A stretch of 64,000 bases of DNA from Pseudobdellovibrionaceae bacterium. GTDB lineage: Bacteria; Bdellovibrionota; Bdellovibrionia; Bdellovibrionales; Bdellovibrionaceae. The notes beneath the pieces are model-generated. The model was not told the origin of the DNA. It made no database searches and saw only the letters and a program-made list of their open reading frames with translations. Location: contig JBDHWW010000013.1 of NCBI GenBank assembly GCA_039810425.1, positions 1 through 64,000 on the forward strand, read 5' to 3'. Below are positions 22,242-32,245 of the stretch, one piece after another. Each line of letters opens with the position of its first letter. The stretch's first letter is position 1. The translations under genes were made by a program, and so were the position numbers.

Positions 22242-23120
22242 GTGCTTCGTATCTACGCGGACCTTACTAAGTTTGGCATAGTCATCTTCGTCCTTCTTTC
22301 TGGACTGGCTGGCTATGCCACCAGCTTTCAAATCGAAGCCGCGTTTGACTGGCATCACTTTCTTAGATTCATTGCTGGTTTGTACTTCTTGAGCTCTGGC
22401 AGCTTGGCGCTAAACCAAGTACAAGAGTGGAAGCTTGATCAAAAAATGCCCCGCACATCGAAACGTCCTATTGCTGCTGGTAAAATAAAACCTATGGCGG
22501 CAGGTATTTTGGCGTTTGCTTTGCTTTTCGTGGGTGTGAACTGGTTGTTCGAGACTGCGCCGATGGCCGGGTGGGTGGGTTTATTCACGGTGATTTTCTA
22601 TAACGTGGTCTACACGATGTACTTAAAACCGAGATGGATCTATGCTGCGGTTCCGGGGGCTTTGCCGGGGGCTTTGCCAGTGACGATCGGTTATGCGGCG
22701 CACTCTTCGGATATTTTCAATTCTGAATCTGTATATCTGTTCTTAATTATGTTTTTGTGGCAGATGCCGCATTTTTGGACTTTGGCGATCAAGTTCAAAG
22801 ATGATTATGCTAAGGGCGGTATTCCGGTTTTGCCGACGGCGTTAGGTATGGAAACGACTTTGTTCCAAATCGGTTTGTACACGATCTTGTACGTGGCAGT
22901 GGCCTTGGCCTCGCCATGGTTTGTGCGTTCCAGCTGGATTTATCTTTTAGTCTGCTTACCGTTTGCCTTTAAGGTGATGCAGGAATTTGTTCGTTTTTAC
23001 CGCTCGAAAGGCGCTGAGCGCTGGTTTGCGTTTTTTATGTGGACCAACATCAGCATGCTGGTCTTCCTATTCGTCCCAGTAATAGACAAATGGAACTTCC
23101 TCTTCATCGGCCGTAACTAA
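22242..23120 (+). CDS. cyoE: Protoheme IX farnesyltransferase (heme O synthase)
   Basis: D..M.RT..RP, GALPGALP, LWQMPHF, DDY..GGIPVLP. Confidence 0.93.
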   Translation: MLRIYADLTKFGIVIFVLLSGLAGYATSFQIEAAFDWHHFLRFIAGLYFLSSGSLALNQVQEWKLDQKMPRTSKRPIAAGKIKPMAAGILAFALLFVGVNWLFETAPMAGWVGLFTVIFYNVVYTMYLKPRWIYAAVPGALPGALPVTIGYAAHSSDIFNSESVYLFLIMFLWQMPHFWTLAIKFKDDYAKGGIPVLPTALGMETTLFQIGLYTILYVAVALASPWFVRSSWIYLLVCLPFAFKVMQEFVRFYRSKGAERWFAFFMWTNISMLVFLFVPVIDKWNFLFIGRN

Positions 23121-23177
23121 AAGGTACCAGGTCGCTTTTCTGAATTGACTCCAGTATTTGTCCGGGGGTTCGGACAG
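23119..23177. terminator. Two short hairpins between convergent cyoE and maiA
   Basis: Imperfect inverted repeat AAAAGGTACCAGGTCGCTTTT followed by a TGTCCG/CGGACA stem. Confidence 0.4.
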
Positions 23178-23178
23178 C

Positions 23179-23838
23179 CTACTTGATTCGCATTTCCTCT
23201 GGGCAATCGGCCTGCCTGAAAGGGTGCGCCTTGGTGAAGGCCTCGATTTTCTGACAGTTCTTGAAGATTTTTGTGATTGTTGCGTATTTTTCGGTGTTGG
23301 TTTTGAAACGCTGGCAAGTAATGACCTGTGGAATGATGAAGATGTCGGCCATTGTGATTTGGTCACCGAAGCTGTAGGTACCGGAGAATTGTTCGAGGTT
23401 CTTTTCAAGAGCATCGAGTCCGCGATAGGCCCATTCTTGAAACCATTCTTCTTTTTGCTCTTGGGTATAACCCTTGGCTTTTTCTAAATAACTGAGAACT
23501 CTCAAATTTCCCATCGGGTGCATCGATGAGTTTACGATTTCACAGACTTGGCGGACGCGGGCGCGCGTGTAGTGATCTTTGGGCAGAAGGGCTGGGTTTG
23601 GGTAAAGCTCTTCAAGATACTCGATAATTGCGTAGGAGTCTGGAATGACTTTTCCGTTGTGAACAAGTGAGGGAACCCCGCCGATGGGATTTAGTTTTTT
23701 GTATTCGGGACTTTGTTGTTCACCCTTCAAAAGGTTTACGGCCTGATAGTCATAGGTGAGGCCCTTTAAGTTCATTGCGATACGGGCGCGGAAAGACGTC
23801 GAGCTACGAAAATAGTTGTGTAAAATAAATTCTGCCAT
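23179..23838 (-). CDS. maiA: Maleylacetoacetate isomerase (zeta-class GST)
   Basis: YFRSSTSFRARIAMNLKG, NP.G.VP, HPMGNLRVL, AHP.RQ.D. Confidence 0.9.
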   Translation of the reverse strand: MAEFILHNYFRSSTSFRARIAMNLKGLTYDYQAVNLLKGEQQSPEYKKLNPIGGVPSLVHNGKVIPDSYAIIEYLEELYPNPALLPKDHYTRARVRQVCEIVNSSMHPMGNLRVLSYLEKAKGYTQEQKEEWFQEWAYRGLDALEKNLEQFSGTYSFGDQITMADIFIIPQVITCQRFKTNTEKYATITKIFKNCQKIEAFTKAHPFRQADCPEEMRIK

Positions 23839-23875
23839 AGTCTGATAACACTACTAGATATCCAGCGAGTCAAAG

Positions 23876-24631
23876 GTGATTGCGATGATGAATGCACTGA
23901 ATAGATCCACTCAGATCTTTACAAAACTGATGTACGTCAATGGCTCAGTACTGTTTTCCATGAGCTTGCAACGCTTCGTTTTATTCCTAATTGTGGTTCG
24001 TCATTGGCTTTTTGGTGCTGATGGACTGACAATTGCCATGGGTTTCATTAACGGGGCACGTTTTGATCTTTGTGTATTGGGTTTCCTCAATTTGCCGGTG
24101 CTTTTTATAGTCTGGATTCTTAGTACGGATAAGGTTACCAATAGCACGAGCAAGCTTGTTCAGCTCCTCCGCCGTTGGGTACTCTGGATTTACTTTGGCG
24201 TGACTACTCTGATTATCCATGCGTTGGGATTGTTTGATTTGATGTTCTTTACGGCGAATCGTCACCGTTGGACTTACTATGATTGGCAAGACAGCGGGCT
24301 TAGTTTCGTAGGAGAGGTCGCGTCCGGGTGGGGTGGGTTATTCACCTTTGGCGTTATTATGCTATTCATTGTGCTGTGGCTTTTTCGCAGCATCTTTACT
24401 TTGTATAAGGTTCAGCTCAATTCCGTGTCGCTCGGGAAGTTGAAGGCCAACGAGTCAAAAGCTGCTTTGGTCGCGACGGGCTTCCTCCTTCCGCTTTTTA
24501 TTACAGCTCTGGCGGCTCGGGGTACTTGGACTGCGCATCATATTAACATCGAGCATTCTGAAATTAGCGGCGTCCAAGCCCTGAACCAAATGACATTAAG
24601 CCCGGTATGGGCCTTTGATAAAAAGTTTTAA
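23876..24631 (+). CDS. Membrane protein resembling the N-terminal TM domain of LTA-synthase/sulfatase family proteins
   Basis: G.RFDL motif, about 5 TM helices, RG...IN...S...LN.MTLSP at the end; no catalytic domain. Confidence 0.5.
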   Translation: MIAMMNALNRSTQIFTKLMYVNGSVLFSMSLQRFVLFLIVVRHWLFGADGLTIAMGFINGARFDLCVLGFLNLPVLFIVWILSTDKVTNSTSKLVQLLRRWVLWIYFGVTTLIIHALGLFDLMFFTANRHRWTYYDWQDSGLSFVGEVASGWGGLFTFGVIMLFIVLWLFRSIFTLYKVQLNSVSLGKLKANESKAALVATGFLLPLFITALAARGTWTAHHINIEHSEISGVQALNQMTLSPVWAFDKKF

Positions 24632-24693
24632 ATTCATTCAAGTTATGAAAGAATGGGTCTCAAGCGCTCCCTATTGGAGCAGAAGAGGTATCT

Positions 24694-25248
24694 ATGTTTC
24701 AGAAACTCGCAGTTTTTACAACAGCATTAGTGGCTCTTGTTTCTTTGAATGCATCCGCGCAATTCATGGGGGTCGAGTTAGGTGTTCGCCAGCAATCTGC
24801 CGACGCCGTGGCCGCCGGTGTTTCAACGAGCACTGAAATGGCTTACCAGTTTGGTTTGGTGGGCGCATTCCCTATGACTGAAACGTTCTTGTTCCGCTCC
24901 GGTTTCTTGTACACCCAAAGACCAGTGACTGCGAAGTCAGGAACTCCATCAGTCGCTAGAAAGTTCACTTACAACTATTTTGATATTCCACTCACGTTCC
25001 TTTGGAAGATGAATGACTTCGGGGGAGTTTACGGTGGTGTCAACGTCGCATTGGCGGCATCGGCTGACTGTGATAACTGCGGAACTTCACCTGCTAAGAA
25101 GGGAGCGATGCCCGTGGTAATCGGGGGCTCCTTCAAGTTCGCTCCGAATTTCGGTGTTGATGTTTACTACGAAGCCATCGGTAAAATCGGTGAAGACTTC
25201 GAAAAAGGTTCCGCGGTGGGTGCGAACCTTTTGATTACTTTTGACTAA
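24694..25248 (+). CDS. Outer membrane beta-barrel protein
   Basis: Signal peptide, amphipathic strands, YFDIPL, aromatic residue near the C-terminus. Confidence 0.8.
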   Translation: MFQKLAVFTTALVALVSLNASAQFMGVELGVRQQSADAVAAGVSTSTEMAYQFGLVGAFPMTETFLFRSGFLYTQRPVTAKSGTPSVARKFTYNYFDIPLTFLWKMNDFGGVYGGVNVALAASADCDNCGTSPAKKGAMPVVIGGSFKFAPNFGVDVYYEAIGKIGEDFEKGSAVGANLLITFD

Positions 25249-25258
25249 GGACGAGCGC

Positions 25259-26245
25259 ATGAAGTTGGGTTCTCTAAAATCCACGAAATCTCTTGATGGG
25301 GAACTGGTTGTTGTCAGTCGTGACAACAAGAAGGCTGTTAAGGTCCCTCAAATTGCTCCTTCGCTGCGTGAGGCCGTTGAAAAATGGTCTCAGGTAGAAG
25401 CGGACCTGCAACGAGTTTCTGATGAACTCAATGCGGGTAAAACCACGGGTGCCTTTGACGTGAAAGAGTCGGATTTCCATTCGGCTCTTCCACGCACTTG
25501 GCTCTTTGCAGATGGTTCGGCGTTCATTCATCACATTAAACTCGTGCGCATGGCCCGTAAGGCGGAGTTGCCGGAAACGTTGTCGACAGTTCCCTTGATG
25601 TACCAAGGGGAGTGCGGCGGCTTTCTTGCTCCGACAGAAGACATTCCGCAGGTGGATTTCTCGCACGGAACGGATTTCGAGGGTGAGGTCGGGGTGATCA
25701 CGGACTTCGTTCCGATGAGCATTCCTCCTGAAGAAGCCTTAAAGAAAATCCGCCTGTTTGTGTTGATCAATGATGTGTCTTTGCGCGGGTTGATTCCTGA
25801 GGAGTTGGCGCAAGGCTTTGGTTTTTTCCAAAGTAAGCCGGCGTCCGCACTGTCTCCGTTTGCGGTGACGGCGGATGAGTTGGGCGAGGCTTGGCAAGGT
25901 GGCCGGATTCACCTGCCACTCGAAGTGAACTACAATGGCGCGTTCTTCGGTAAAGCGAATGCGAAAGACATGTTCTTTCATTTCGGTCAGCTGATTGCCC
26001 ACGCGGCGAAGACGCGTAATTTGGCAGCGGGTTCTGTGATCGGAAGTGGCACTGTTTCTAACGAAGATATGGCGATGGGTTCTAGCTGTTTGGCTGAGAA
26101 GCGCACGCTTGAGAAAATTCACGAGGGTAAAATTTCAACTCCGTTTATGAAAGACGGGGATACTGTTGAAATGAAAATGAAGAATGCTCAAGGCGAAAAT
26201 ATCTTTGGAACGATCTTCCAAAAAGTTCGTGCAACCAAGAAGTAA
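25259..26245 (+). CDS. fahA: Fumarylacetoacetate hydrolase family protein
   Basis: DGSAF..H, DFEGE, NDVSLR, GFGFFQSKP, GSGTVSN; adjacent to maiA. Confidence 0.88.
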   Translation: MKLGSLKSTKSLDGELVVVSRDNKKAVKVPQIAPSLREAVEKWSQVEADLQRVSDELNAGKTTGAFDVKESDFHSALPRTWLFADGSAFIHHIKLVRMARKAELPETLSTVPLMYQGECGGFLAPTEDIPQVDFSHGTDFEGEVGVITDFVPMSIPPEEALKKIRLFVLINDVSLRGLIPEELAQGFGFFQSKPASALSPFAVTADELGEAWQGGRIHLPLEVNYNGAFFGKANAKDMFFHFGQLIAHAAKTRNLAAGSVIGSGTVSNEDMAMGSSCLAEKRTLEKIHEGKISTPFMKDGDTVEMKMKNAQGENIFGTIFQKVRATKK

Positions 26246-26372
26246 GTTTTAAAATCATTGAGAAAGAAAAGCTCCGCGGATGCGAAGGGTGCTCCAGACC
26301 TCGATTCACAGGATAAAGGAAGGCCGGCGGAGCCAGCTCTCCCTTATCAACATTTAAAGGGGCCGGTTTTTA

Positions 26373-26939
26373 TTATTTAAGAGATTCAATCACGCCGCAA
26401 GCCCAACGGCCGCCTGCATTTCCAGTAGGAGCGGTTTTCATATCGTCCGCCTTTTCGTGGATGATAACTGCTTTACCAACGAGGCCTTCTGGACCTCCCA
26501 GAGAAGCGTCAGTCAACTCGAGAGTGAGTTTTGCTTTGCCTTTAGAGTCTGCAATGATGTTACCCATGTCGCCGGCATGCTTTTCAGCCGCACTTGGCGC
26601 ACCATGAGCTTTGTGGCCCGGATTGAAGTGGCCACCTGCTGAAGCGAAATCTTTAGCGCTGCAATCGCCAGTTTCATGAATATGAAAGCCATGAGGGCCT
26701 GGTTTCAAACCTTCGATATTGGCTTCAACTTTCACATTGGAGCCTTCTTGAGTGAAGTGGATAACGCCTTTCACTTTTTGTTTTTTCACAGGCTTCATTG
26801 TTGCCTGAGCAGCGGACGGTCCTGGTTCCGGAGTCGGAGCAGGGGTTGTTGCAGGAGTTACGGGTTGAATTTTTTCTTTGCTGGCACAAGCGACGCAAAG
26901 GGCTACTGTGACGATGGATATGTATAAAAAGTTTTTCAT
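26373..26939 (-). CDS. sodC: Cu/Zn superoxide dismutase (lipoprotein)
   Basis: Lipobox VAC; HGFHIHE, GGHFNP, HAGDMGN, IIHEKADD, GNAGGR.ACG. Confidence 0.95.
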   Translation of the reverse strand: MKNFLYISIVTVALCVACASKEKIQPVTPATTPAPTPEPGPSAAQATMKPVKKQKVKGVIHFTQEGSNVKVEANIEGLKPGPHGFHIHETGDCSAKDFASAGGHFNPGHKAHGAPSAAEKHAGDMGNIIADSKGKAKLTLELTDASLGGPEGLVGKAVIIHEKADDMKTAPTGNAGGRWACGVIESLK

Positions 26940-26987
26940 GGATGAAACGCTAGTACATTTACGTATCAAGCACAAGTGACATTCACA

Positions 26988-27395
26988 CTACAACGTGTAA
27001 TGAAACTGCATTGGCAATTCCATATCCGGATGCAGGCTCTTTTTCACCGGGCAGGTTGCCGCCGTGTTTTCCAGTTTTTTCCTATAAGGGCTCTCGATAT
27101 TTTTCGGCATGAATACATTGATTGTGAGTTTGCCGATGCGACGTGGATTCAAAACCATTTCTTTTTCAACCGAGGCGTAAGAACCTCTGAGGCTCACCCC
27201 ATCTTTTTCGGCGACGATGGCCATCACAGTCAGAATGCAACTGGCGGTAGCGGCTGCCACAAGGTCCGTGGGAGAGAACAACTCGCCTCGACCATTGTTG
27301 TCTTTTGGCGCGTCTGTAGAGATTGTAGATTGAGAAGGACCATGTTCGATTTCACAGTGTTTGTCGCCTTCGTACTTTGCAATCACCTTTACCAT
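26988..27395 (-). CDS. OsmC family protein
   Basis: TDAP.DN.G.G..FSPTDL...SC and CPV motifs. Confidence 0.9.
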   Translation of the reverse strand: MVKVIAKYEGDKHCEIEHGPSQSTISTDAPKDNNGRGELFSPTDLVAAATASCILTVMAIVAEKDGVSLRGSYASVEKEMVLNPRRIGKLTINVFMPKNIESPYRKKLENTAATCPVKKSLHPDMELPMQFHYTL

Positions 27396-27492
27396 AAGAG
27401 CTCCTTGAATATAGGCGGTTCACGACTTTTGCTGAGTCTAGCTGGTCTTTACATGATTCACAAGACTCCATCATCATAAGAATACGGGATAA

Positions 27493-28716
27493 TTGGGGAA
27501 GTCTGTGAAGAAGCTGCAGAAAATATCGCGTCAAAGCCGGGCTGTTTTACTTGCGCATCCATTTTTGGTGGCGACCATTTTTTTCCTGACTATTTGGCTC
27601 GGTAACGCGTACATCGTGTACCTCTGTGAGCAAGGTGTTCCAGGCTCAAACATTACCAGCTATACAGATTCGCTGTGGTGGGAAATCGTCACAATGCTGA
27701 CTGTTGGTTACGGAGATCGCTATCCCATCACTCAATGGGGTCGTTTTGCGGGCTCGATCAGTATGTTTTCCGGTGTCGCGGCAACGGCCATCATCACTGC
27801 GAAAATTTCTTCGGTATTTTTAGAAATGGCACTCAGAGACAGGAGGGGACTCGTGGATAGCGATGCTCTCAATAACCACTACATTATCTGCGGTTGGAAA
27901 AACGAAATGCACAGTCTTTTGACTCACATCCTGGATTCAAATCCCGGACTGCCGGCTTCAAAGATTGTTCTCGTGAATAATGTGGCGGACCCGGAAATCG
28001 AAGCGCTGCATGAGTTTCCGAAATTGAAAAATATCAAAATTATTCACGGGGAGTTTTTTTCTGCTGACGTGCTAAAGCGTGCAGCGCCTGAGAAAGCCCA
28101 GAAGGTTTTGATTCTGGCGGATGCGGCTCCAAATGCGCGCGGTGGGATTCCGACCGTGACGGAAGCCGACGCCCGCACGATCATGACGGCCATGTCTTTG
28201 AATAATATCGCAAAGGGCGTGCCCGTGGCAGCGGAGATTCTCGATGCCGATATGGCGCAGTACTTGAAGTTGGCGCATGTGCATGAAATTATTTATAGCC
28301 GTGACTATTCGCGCTTGCTGCTGGCGATGGCTTCAACCGGCACGGGGCTAACAAATATTTTTCATGACCTTTTGAATCCTCAGGGCGGCTTTTCTTTAGG
28401 CACACGGGAGTTGCCTGAAGAGGCCATGAATCAATCCTATGGAAAATTGCGTGAGATCTTTGAAGCCAAACATCCCGAGATGACCTTGCTTGGTGTTCTG
28501 GAAAATTCCGGGAACGGTCACAAGGCGAAAGAGTTGGCTTTACGTAAAGCACAGCTAACCCCTAATGTGACTCAACTTGTAAAAAACTTGCAAGGAGTGA
28601 AAGATCTTCGTTTTAACCGTCCGGTGTTTTCGCCGAAGGATGACTATGTGATTGGCGAAGGTGCTATGGCAATCGTTATTCGTAGCCGAGGTAACAATGA
28701 ATCCATCGGCGTCTAA
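27493..28716 (+). CDS. Two-TM potassium channel with RCK domains
   Basis: Selectivity filter TVGYGD; HYIICGW RCK start; ADARTIM. Confidence 0.88.
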   Translation: MGKSVKKLQKISRQSRAVLLAHPFLVATIFFLTIWLGNAYIVYLCEQGVPGSNITSYTDSLWWEIVTMLTVGYGDRYPITQWGRFAGSISMFSGVAATAIITAKISSVFLEMALRDRRGLVDSDALNNHYIICGWKNEMHSLLTHILDSNPGLPASKIVLVNNVADPEIEALHEFPKLKNIKIIHGEFFSADVLKRAAPEKAQKVLILADAAPNARGGIPTVTEADARTIMTAMSLNNIAKGVPVAAEILDADMAQYLKLAHVHEIIYSRDYSRLLLAMASTGTGLTNIFHDLLNPQGGFSLGTRELPEEAMNQSYGKLREIFEAKHPEMTLLGVLENSGNGHKAKELALRKAQLTPNVTQLVKNLQGVKDLRFNRPVFSPKDDYVIGEGAMAIVIRSRGNNESIGV

Positions 28717-29206
28717 GAGTCCGTCCCGCCACGTTTTGGCGCAGGTAATTTTGTTTCAAGATATCAAGCATCTGCCGGAGGCCTTGAATGGTTTTGAGCG
28801 CATTATGAAGCCGGTTCGGTTTGCAAAAGGCCACATTCTGATTCGGCAAGGCGATGCGGGTCATGAGTTCTTTGTGTTACTCCGAGGACAGGTCAGCATC
28901 GAGAAGGTGACGACAGAAGGTGACTGCTATAAGGTGGCCGTTCTGAATGGCGATCATCACGCGGCTTTTGGTGAAGGTGGCTTGATCGAGGGCGAGGCCC
29001 GGTCGGCAACGGTTACTTGTGATTCCGAAGTTGAATGTTTAGTACTTCACCGTGACGAGTTCAACCAGTTCGCGGTGGAGCAACCGCATTTTGCAGTACC
29101 GGTTTTAAAACGCATTGCTCTGATTTTGATGAATCGTCTGAATCAAACGAGCAACGATCTGATGTTGTTGCATAAAGCCCTCATGAGCGAGATCCGCTCG
29201 AGTTAA
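28697..29206 (+). CDS. Stand-alone cyclic nucleotide-binding domain protein
   Basis: QGDAG, FGEGGL...RSATV phosphate-binding cassette; no HTH; overlaps the channel gene. Confidence 0.85.
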   Translation: MNPSASKSPSRHVLAQVILFQDIKHLPEALNGFERIMKPVRFAKGHILIRQGDAGHEFFVLLRGQVSIEKVTTEGDCYKVAVLNGDHHAAFGEGGLIEGEARSATVTCDSEVECLVLHRDEFNQFAVEQPHFAVPVLKRIALILMNRLNQTSNDLMLLHKALMSEIRSS

Positions 29207-29333
29207 TCTTTACCAGCCGGCGCGGTTATGGTGATCTTCGTCAGCATTGGCTCAATCTCCATTTGAGTCTTCTGAAAATCTCCTGTCGTCTAAGGGGCGG
29301 AAAAACTGAGTTTCCCTTCATAGAGGAGTATCC

Positions 29334-30503
29334 ATGAGTACATCTTTCTGGCTGGATCGGACTTCGACCACCGCGAAGAAGAATTATGACGTCGTTATCG
29401 TGGGTGCGGGGATTTCGGGTTTGTCCACGGCCTTTTGGCTGAATAAAGAAGATCCTTCGCTCAGGATTGCCATCATAGAACGCTCTCGATTGGGGTTCGG
29501 CGCCAGCGGAAGAAACGCGGGCTTCATTACTTGCGGCTCCGTGGAGCACTTTAACCGAATGATTCAGAAACATGGACGTGAGAGAGCCATCGAGATCTGG
29601 CGTTTTGCCGAAGAGAATCAACGGCTTTTAAAAGAAGAAGTTATCCACGACGAAGCGGGGCATCTTGAATACGAACGAAACGGCGCCTTCTCGTTGGCCG
29701 CTCAAGAGAATGAGTACGAAGAACTTAAATCCGTCGCCGATATTATGGGTGGGATCGGCATTCCAACAGAGTGCCTGGACGGGGACCAAATTTACAACCA
29801 AGTCGGCGCGGTGAGTTTTGTCGGCGGAATCAGATACCTTGGCGATGCTTCGGTAAATCCTGTTAAATTATTAAGACGGCTTAGCTTGTTGGTCAAGGCG
29901 GACATTTTTGAGGGAGTGGAGGCTTATCAGATTGAGAGGCCTTCGTCCGGCTCCAGAATTCTTAAAACCGATCATGGAGATTTTGAAGCGCCCCTCTTGG
30001 CGCTGAATCTCAATGGGTATTCATCTCTTTTACATCCGTGGTTCAAAGATAAAATTTATCCTACCCGAGCACAGTGCTTGATGATGGAAGCGGTCCCTCA
30101 CTTTATGAAGGGACCCTGTTATGCTAATTTTTATTTGGACTACTTTCGGCAAATTCCCACGGGAGAGCTTTTAATCGGCGGCTTTCGGCAAATAGAAAAG
30201 GATATCGAAGTCGGTTACTCCGATCATGTTACGGATCCTATTCAATCTGCACTTCATCATTTTGTACGGACTCACTTACCTCAATTCAAAGAAGCCCGGG
30301 TGACGCACCGGTGGTCTGGGGTCATGGGATTTTCCGCGGATGGAGAGCCCATGGTGGGAGCGCTTCCCGAAGATCCTCAGATTTTCTTTGCCGGAGGATA
30401 TACAGGCCATGGCATGGGCATGGCTTTCCACACTGGGAAGAGACTGGTGGATGTCGTATTTGGCCGAGAAATTCCTCCGTGGTTGTCGGCGCGCCGCTTC
30501 TGA
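29334..30503 (+). CDS. FAD-dependent oxidoreductase (DAO/PuuB family)
   Basis: VGAGISG, GASGRNAGF, WSG.MGF..DG.P, GYTGHGMG. Confidence 0.88.
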   Translation: MSTSFWLDRTSTTAKKNYDVVIVGAGISGLSTAFWLNKEDPSLRIAIIERSRLGFGASGRNAGFITCGSVEHFNRMIQKHGRERAIEIWRFAEENQRLLKEEVIHDEAGHLEYERNGAFSLAAQENEYEELKSVADIMGGIGIPTECLDGDQIYNQVGAVSFVGGIRYLGDASVNPVKLLRRLSLLVKADIFEGVEAYQIERPSSGSRILKTDHGDFEAPLLALNLNGYSSLLHPWFKDKIYPTRAQCLMMEAVPHFMKGPCYANFYLDYFRQIPTGELLIGGFRQIEKDIEVGYSDHVTDPIQSALHHFVRTHLPQFKEARVTHRWSGVMGFSADGEPMVGALPEDPQIFFAGGYTGHGMGMAFHTGKRLVDVVFGREIPPWLSARRF

Positions 30504-30523
30504 GGACTTTGATTTCTTAAGGC

Positions 30524-32245
30524 CTAAAAACGTCTTCGGAAACATGCATCCATCAGAACGGACTCGGTCCCTTTCAACTCCGGGGCTCGGATCGAGGCCG
30601 GGGGCGTCGTCACTGCCGGTCTCAACCAAAGGCGGCGATACGCGGCCTCGGAAACGGCTTTGAGTGATGGCTGCCGACTTGCTTCGAGCAGGCGAATTAA
30701 AATGTAAGTGCGGGCGGATTTTTGCAGCCATTCGAGGGCGGTTCTCTGCTGGTCCTCCTCTGGGGCCCCGAGCAGGTTGTTCAAAAAAACTTTCTCGTCG
30801 GTCACGCGCTCCTTGAGACTCGCGATCACCGGGTTGGGAGAATAATCCGAGCACGAATCCATGAGGCCCTGCAGCTGTTGATAGTAAGTTTGAGCCCCGT
30901 ACTTTTTAAGAACTCTGATGGTATCGAGGGCGAGAATATTTGTTGTGCCTTCCCAGATCGGCAGTACCTGGCTGTCGCGGAGAATCCGTGGCATGATATG
31001 CTCTTCAATATAAGCATTTCCGCCGATAGCTTCCATCGCCTCACTCGCCGTGAAGACGGCCAATTTGCCCGTGAGCGCCTTACTCATAGGAGTTAAGAGA
31101 CGTGCCATATACTCCGCAGCTTTGTCTCCGCCGTCTGCCTGGTCTAAGTACTTTGTCACTGAGAAAACCAGGTGCATCGCCCCGATATGTTCGGCGATGA
31201 GGTCGGCCATCGTCGCTCTCCACAGGGGCAGTTCCCAGAGAGGTTTTTCAAAAGCTTTTCGTTGGTCGCCATAGGCCAGGGCTTCAAGAACCGAGCGTCT
31301 CATCGCCGCGACACTGGCAACGGAGTTGTAAAGCCGTGACATGTTCAGCATTTCCGTCATCAGTTTAAATCCCTCGCCGGCTCCACCCACGAGAAAGGCT
31401 TCGGATTTGTCCAAGGTGACCTCTCCGGTCGGCATGGAGCGGACACCCAATTTGTCTTTGATTCTATGAATTTTGATGGTGTTCTCGTTGCCAGCGGGAA
31501 ATGGGCGAAGCACGAGAAATAAGCCAAGCCCTCGGGTTCCCGGCTGTGTCTGGCCTTTTTCATCCATGATGCGGGCTAAAACAAGAATGGCTTGGGCGTC
31601 GACGTTGGAGCAAAACCATTTATCGCCGTGGATGAACCACTGCGGTCCGGATTGTTTCGCGAAGACAGAGTTGGTTCCAACGTCGGAGCCGCCTTGCCTT
31701 TCGGTTAAGAACATCGCGCCCTGCCAAAGCGAGGAGAGATCTTTTGCGCCAATGTGTTTTAAAACCTGCGCCTTCATGTCATGAGACCAATGTCTTTCTA
31801 AAACTCGGCCAAGGCCGTCCGTCATGCATATCGGACAATAGAGGCTCATCTCGGATTGGGCGAAGTAGTAGCCGATGGCAAAGTTCGCAAGATGACGGAT
31901 GGAGCGGAAGTCTTTGAGAAAATCAGGATCGTATTTTCTGCTGATGATGCCTCCGCCGTAAGCGAGCTCTTGAAGCTTCTTGAAGTCAGGGTGATATTCG
32001 ACTGCGCTCGTTCGGTCGCCCTTAGCATTATGGGTTTTTAAAAAAGGCGGAAACCGATCGGCTCGGGCGGACAAAGGCGTGGCCTCAGCGGCACGTTTTC
32101 CCATATCTAAAAAGGCACTACGCAATTCTTGAAACTCTTTTTTGCCGAGCCAGTAGGACCAGAACATTTCGGCCAGTGGGTCTTCCAAAAATAAGTTTTC
32201 AAATTGGATGTCCGGAATATTGCTGATGTCGTCAGTCATTTCCAC
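30524..32245 (-). CDS. AidB-like acyl-CoA dehydrogenase
   Basis: CPICMTDG, MFLTERQGGSDV, KWFCSN, KDKLG.RS, GGNAYIEE, IWEGTTN. Confidence 0.85.
   Translation of the reverse strand: MEMTDDISNIPDIQFENLFLEDPLAEMFWSYWLGKKEFQELRSAFLDMGKRAAEATPLSARADRFPPFLKTHNAKGDRTSAVEYHPDFKKLQELAYGGGIISRKYDPDFLKDFRSIRHLANFAIGYYFAQSEMSLYCPICMTDGLGRVLERHWSHDMKAQVLKHIGAKDLSSLWQGAMFLTERQGGSDVGTNSVFAKQSGPQWFIHGDKWFCSNVDAQAILVLARIMDEKGQTQPGTRGLGLFLVLRPFPAGNENTIKIHRIKDKLGVRSMPTGEVTLDKSEAFLVGGAGEGFKLMTEMLNMSRLYNSVASVAAMRRSVLEALAYGDQRKAFEKPLWELPLWRATMADLIAEHIGAMHLVFSVTKYLDQADGGDKAAEYMARLLTPMSKALTGKLAVFTASEAMEAIGGNAYIEEHIMPRILRDSQVLPIWEGTTNILALDTIRVLKKYGAQTYYQQLQGLMDSCSDYSPNPVIASLKERVTDEKVFLNNLLGAPEEDQQRTALEWLQKSARTYILIRLLEASRQPSLKAVSEAAYRRLWLRPAVTTPPASIRAPELKGTESVLMDACFRRRF

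Noticed and set aside
26262..26372. Structured RNA or REP-like element between fahA and sodC
   Set aside because: Only a 7-bp GCTCCGC/GCGGAGC pairing; no second copy noticed in the window and no known motif.
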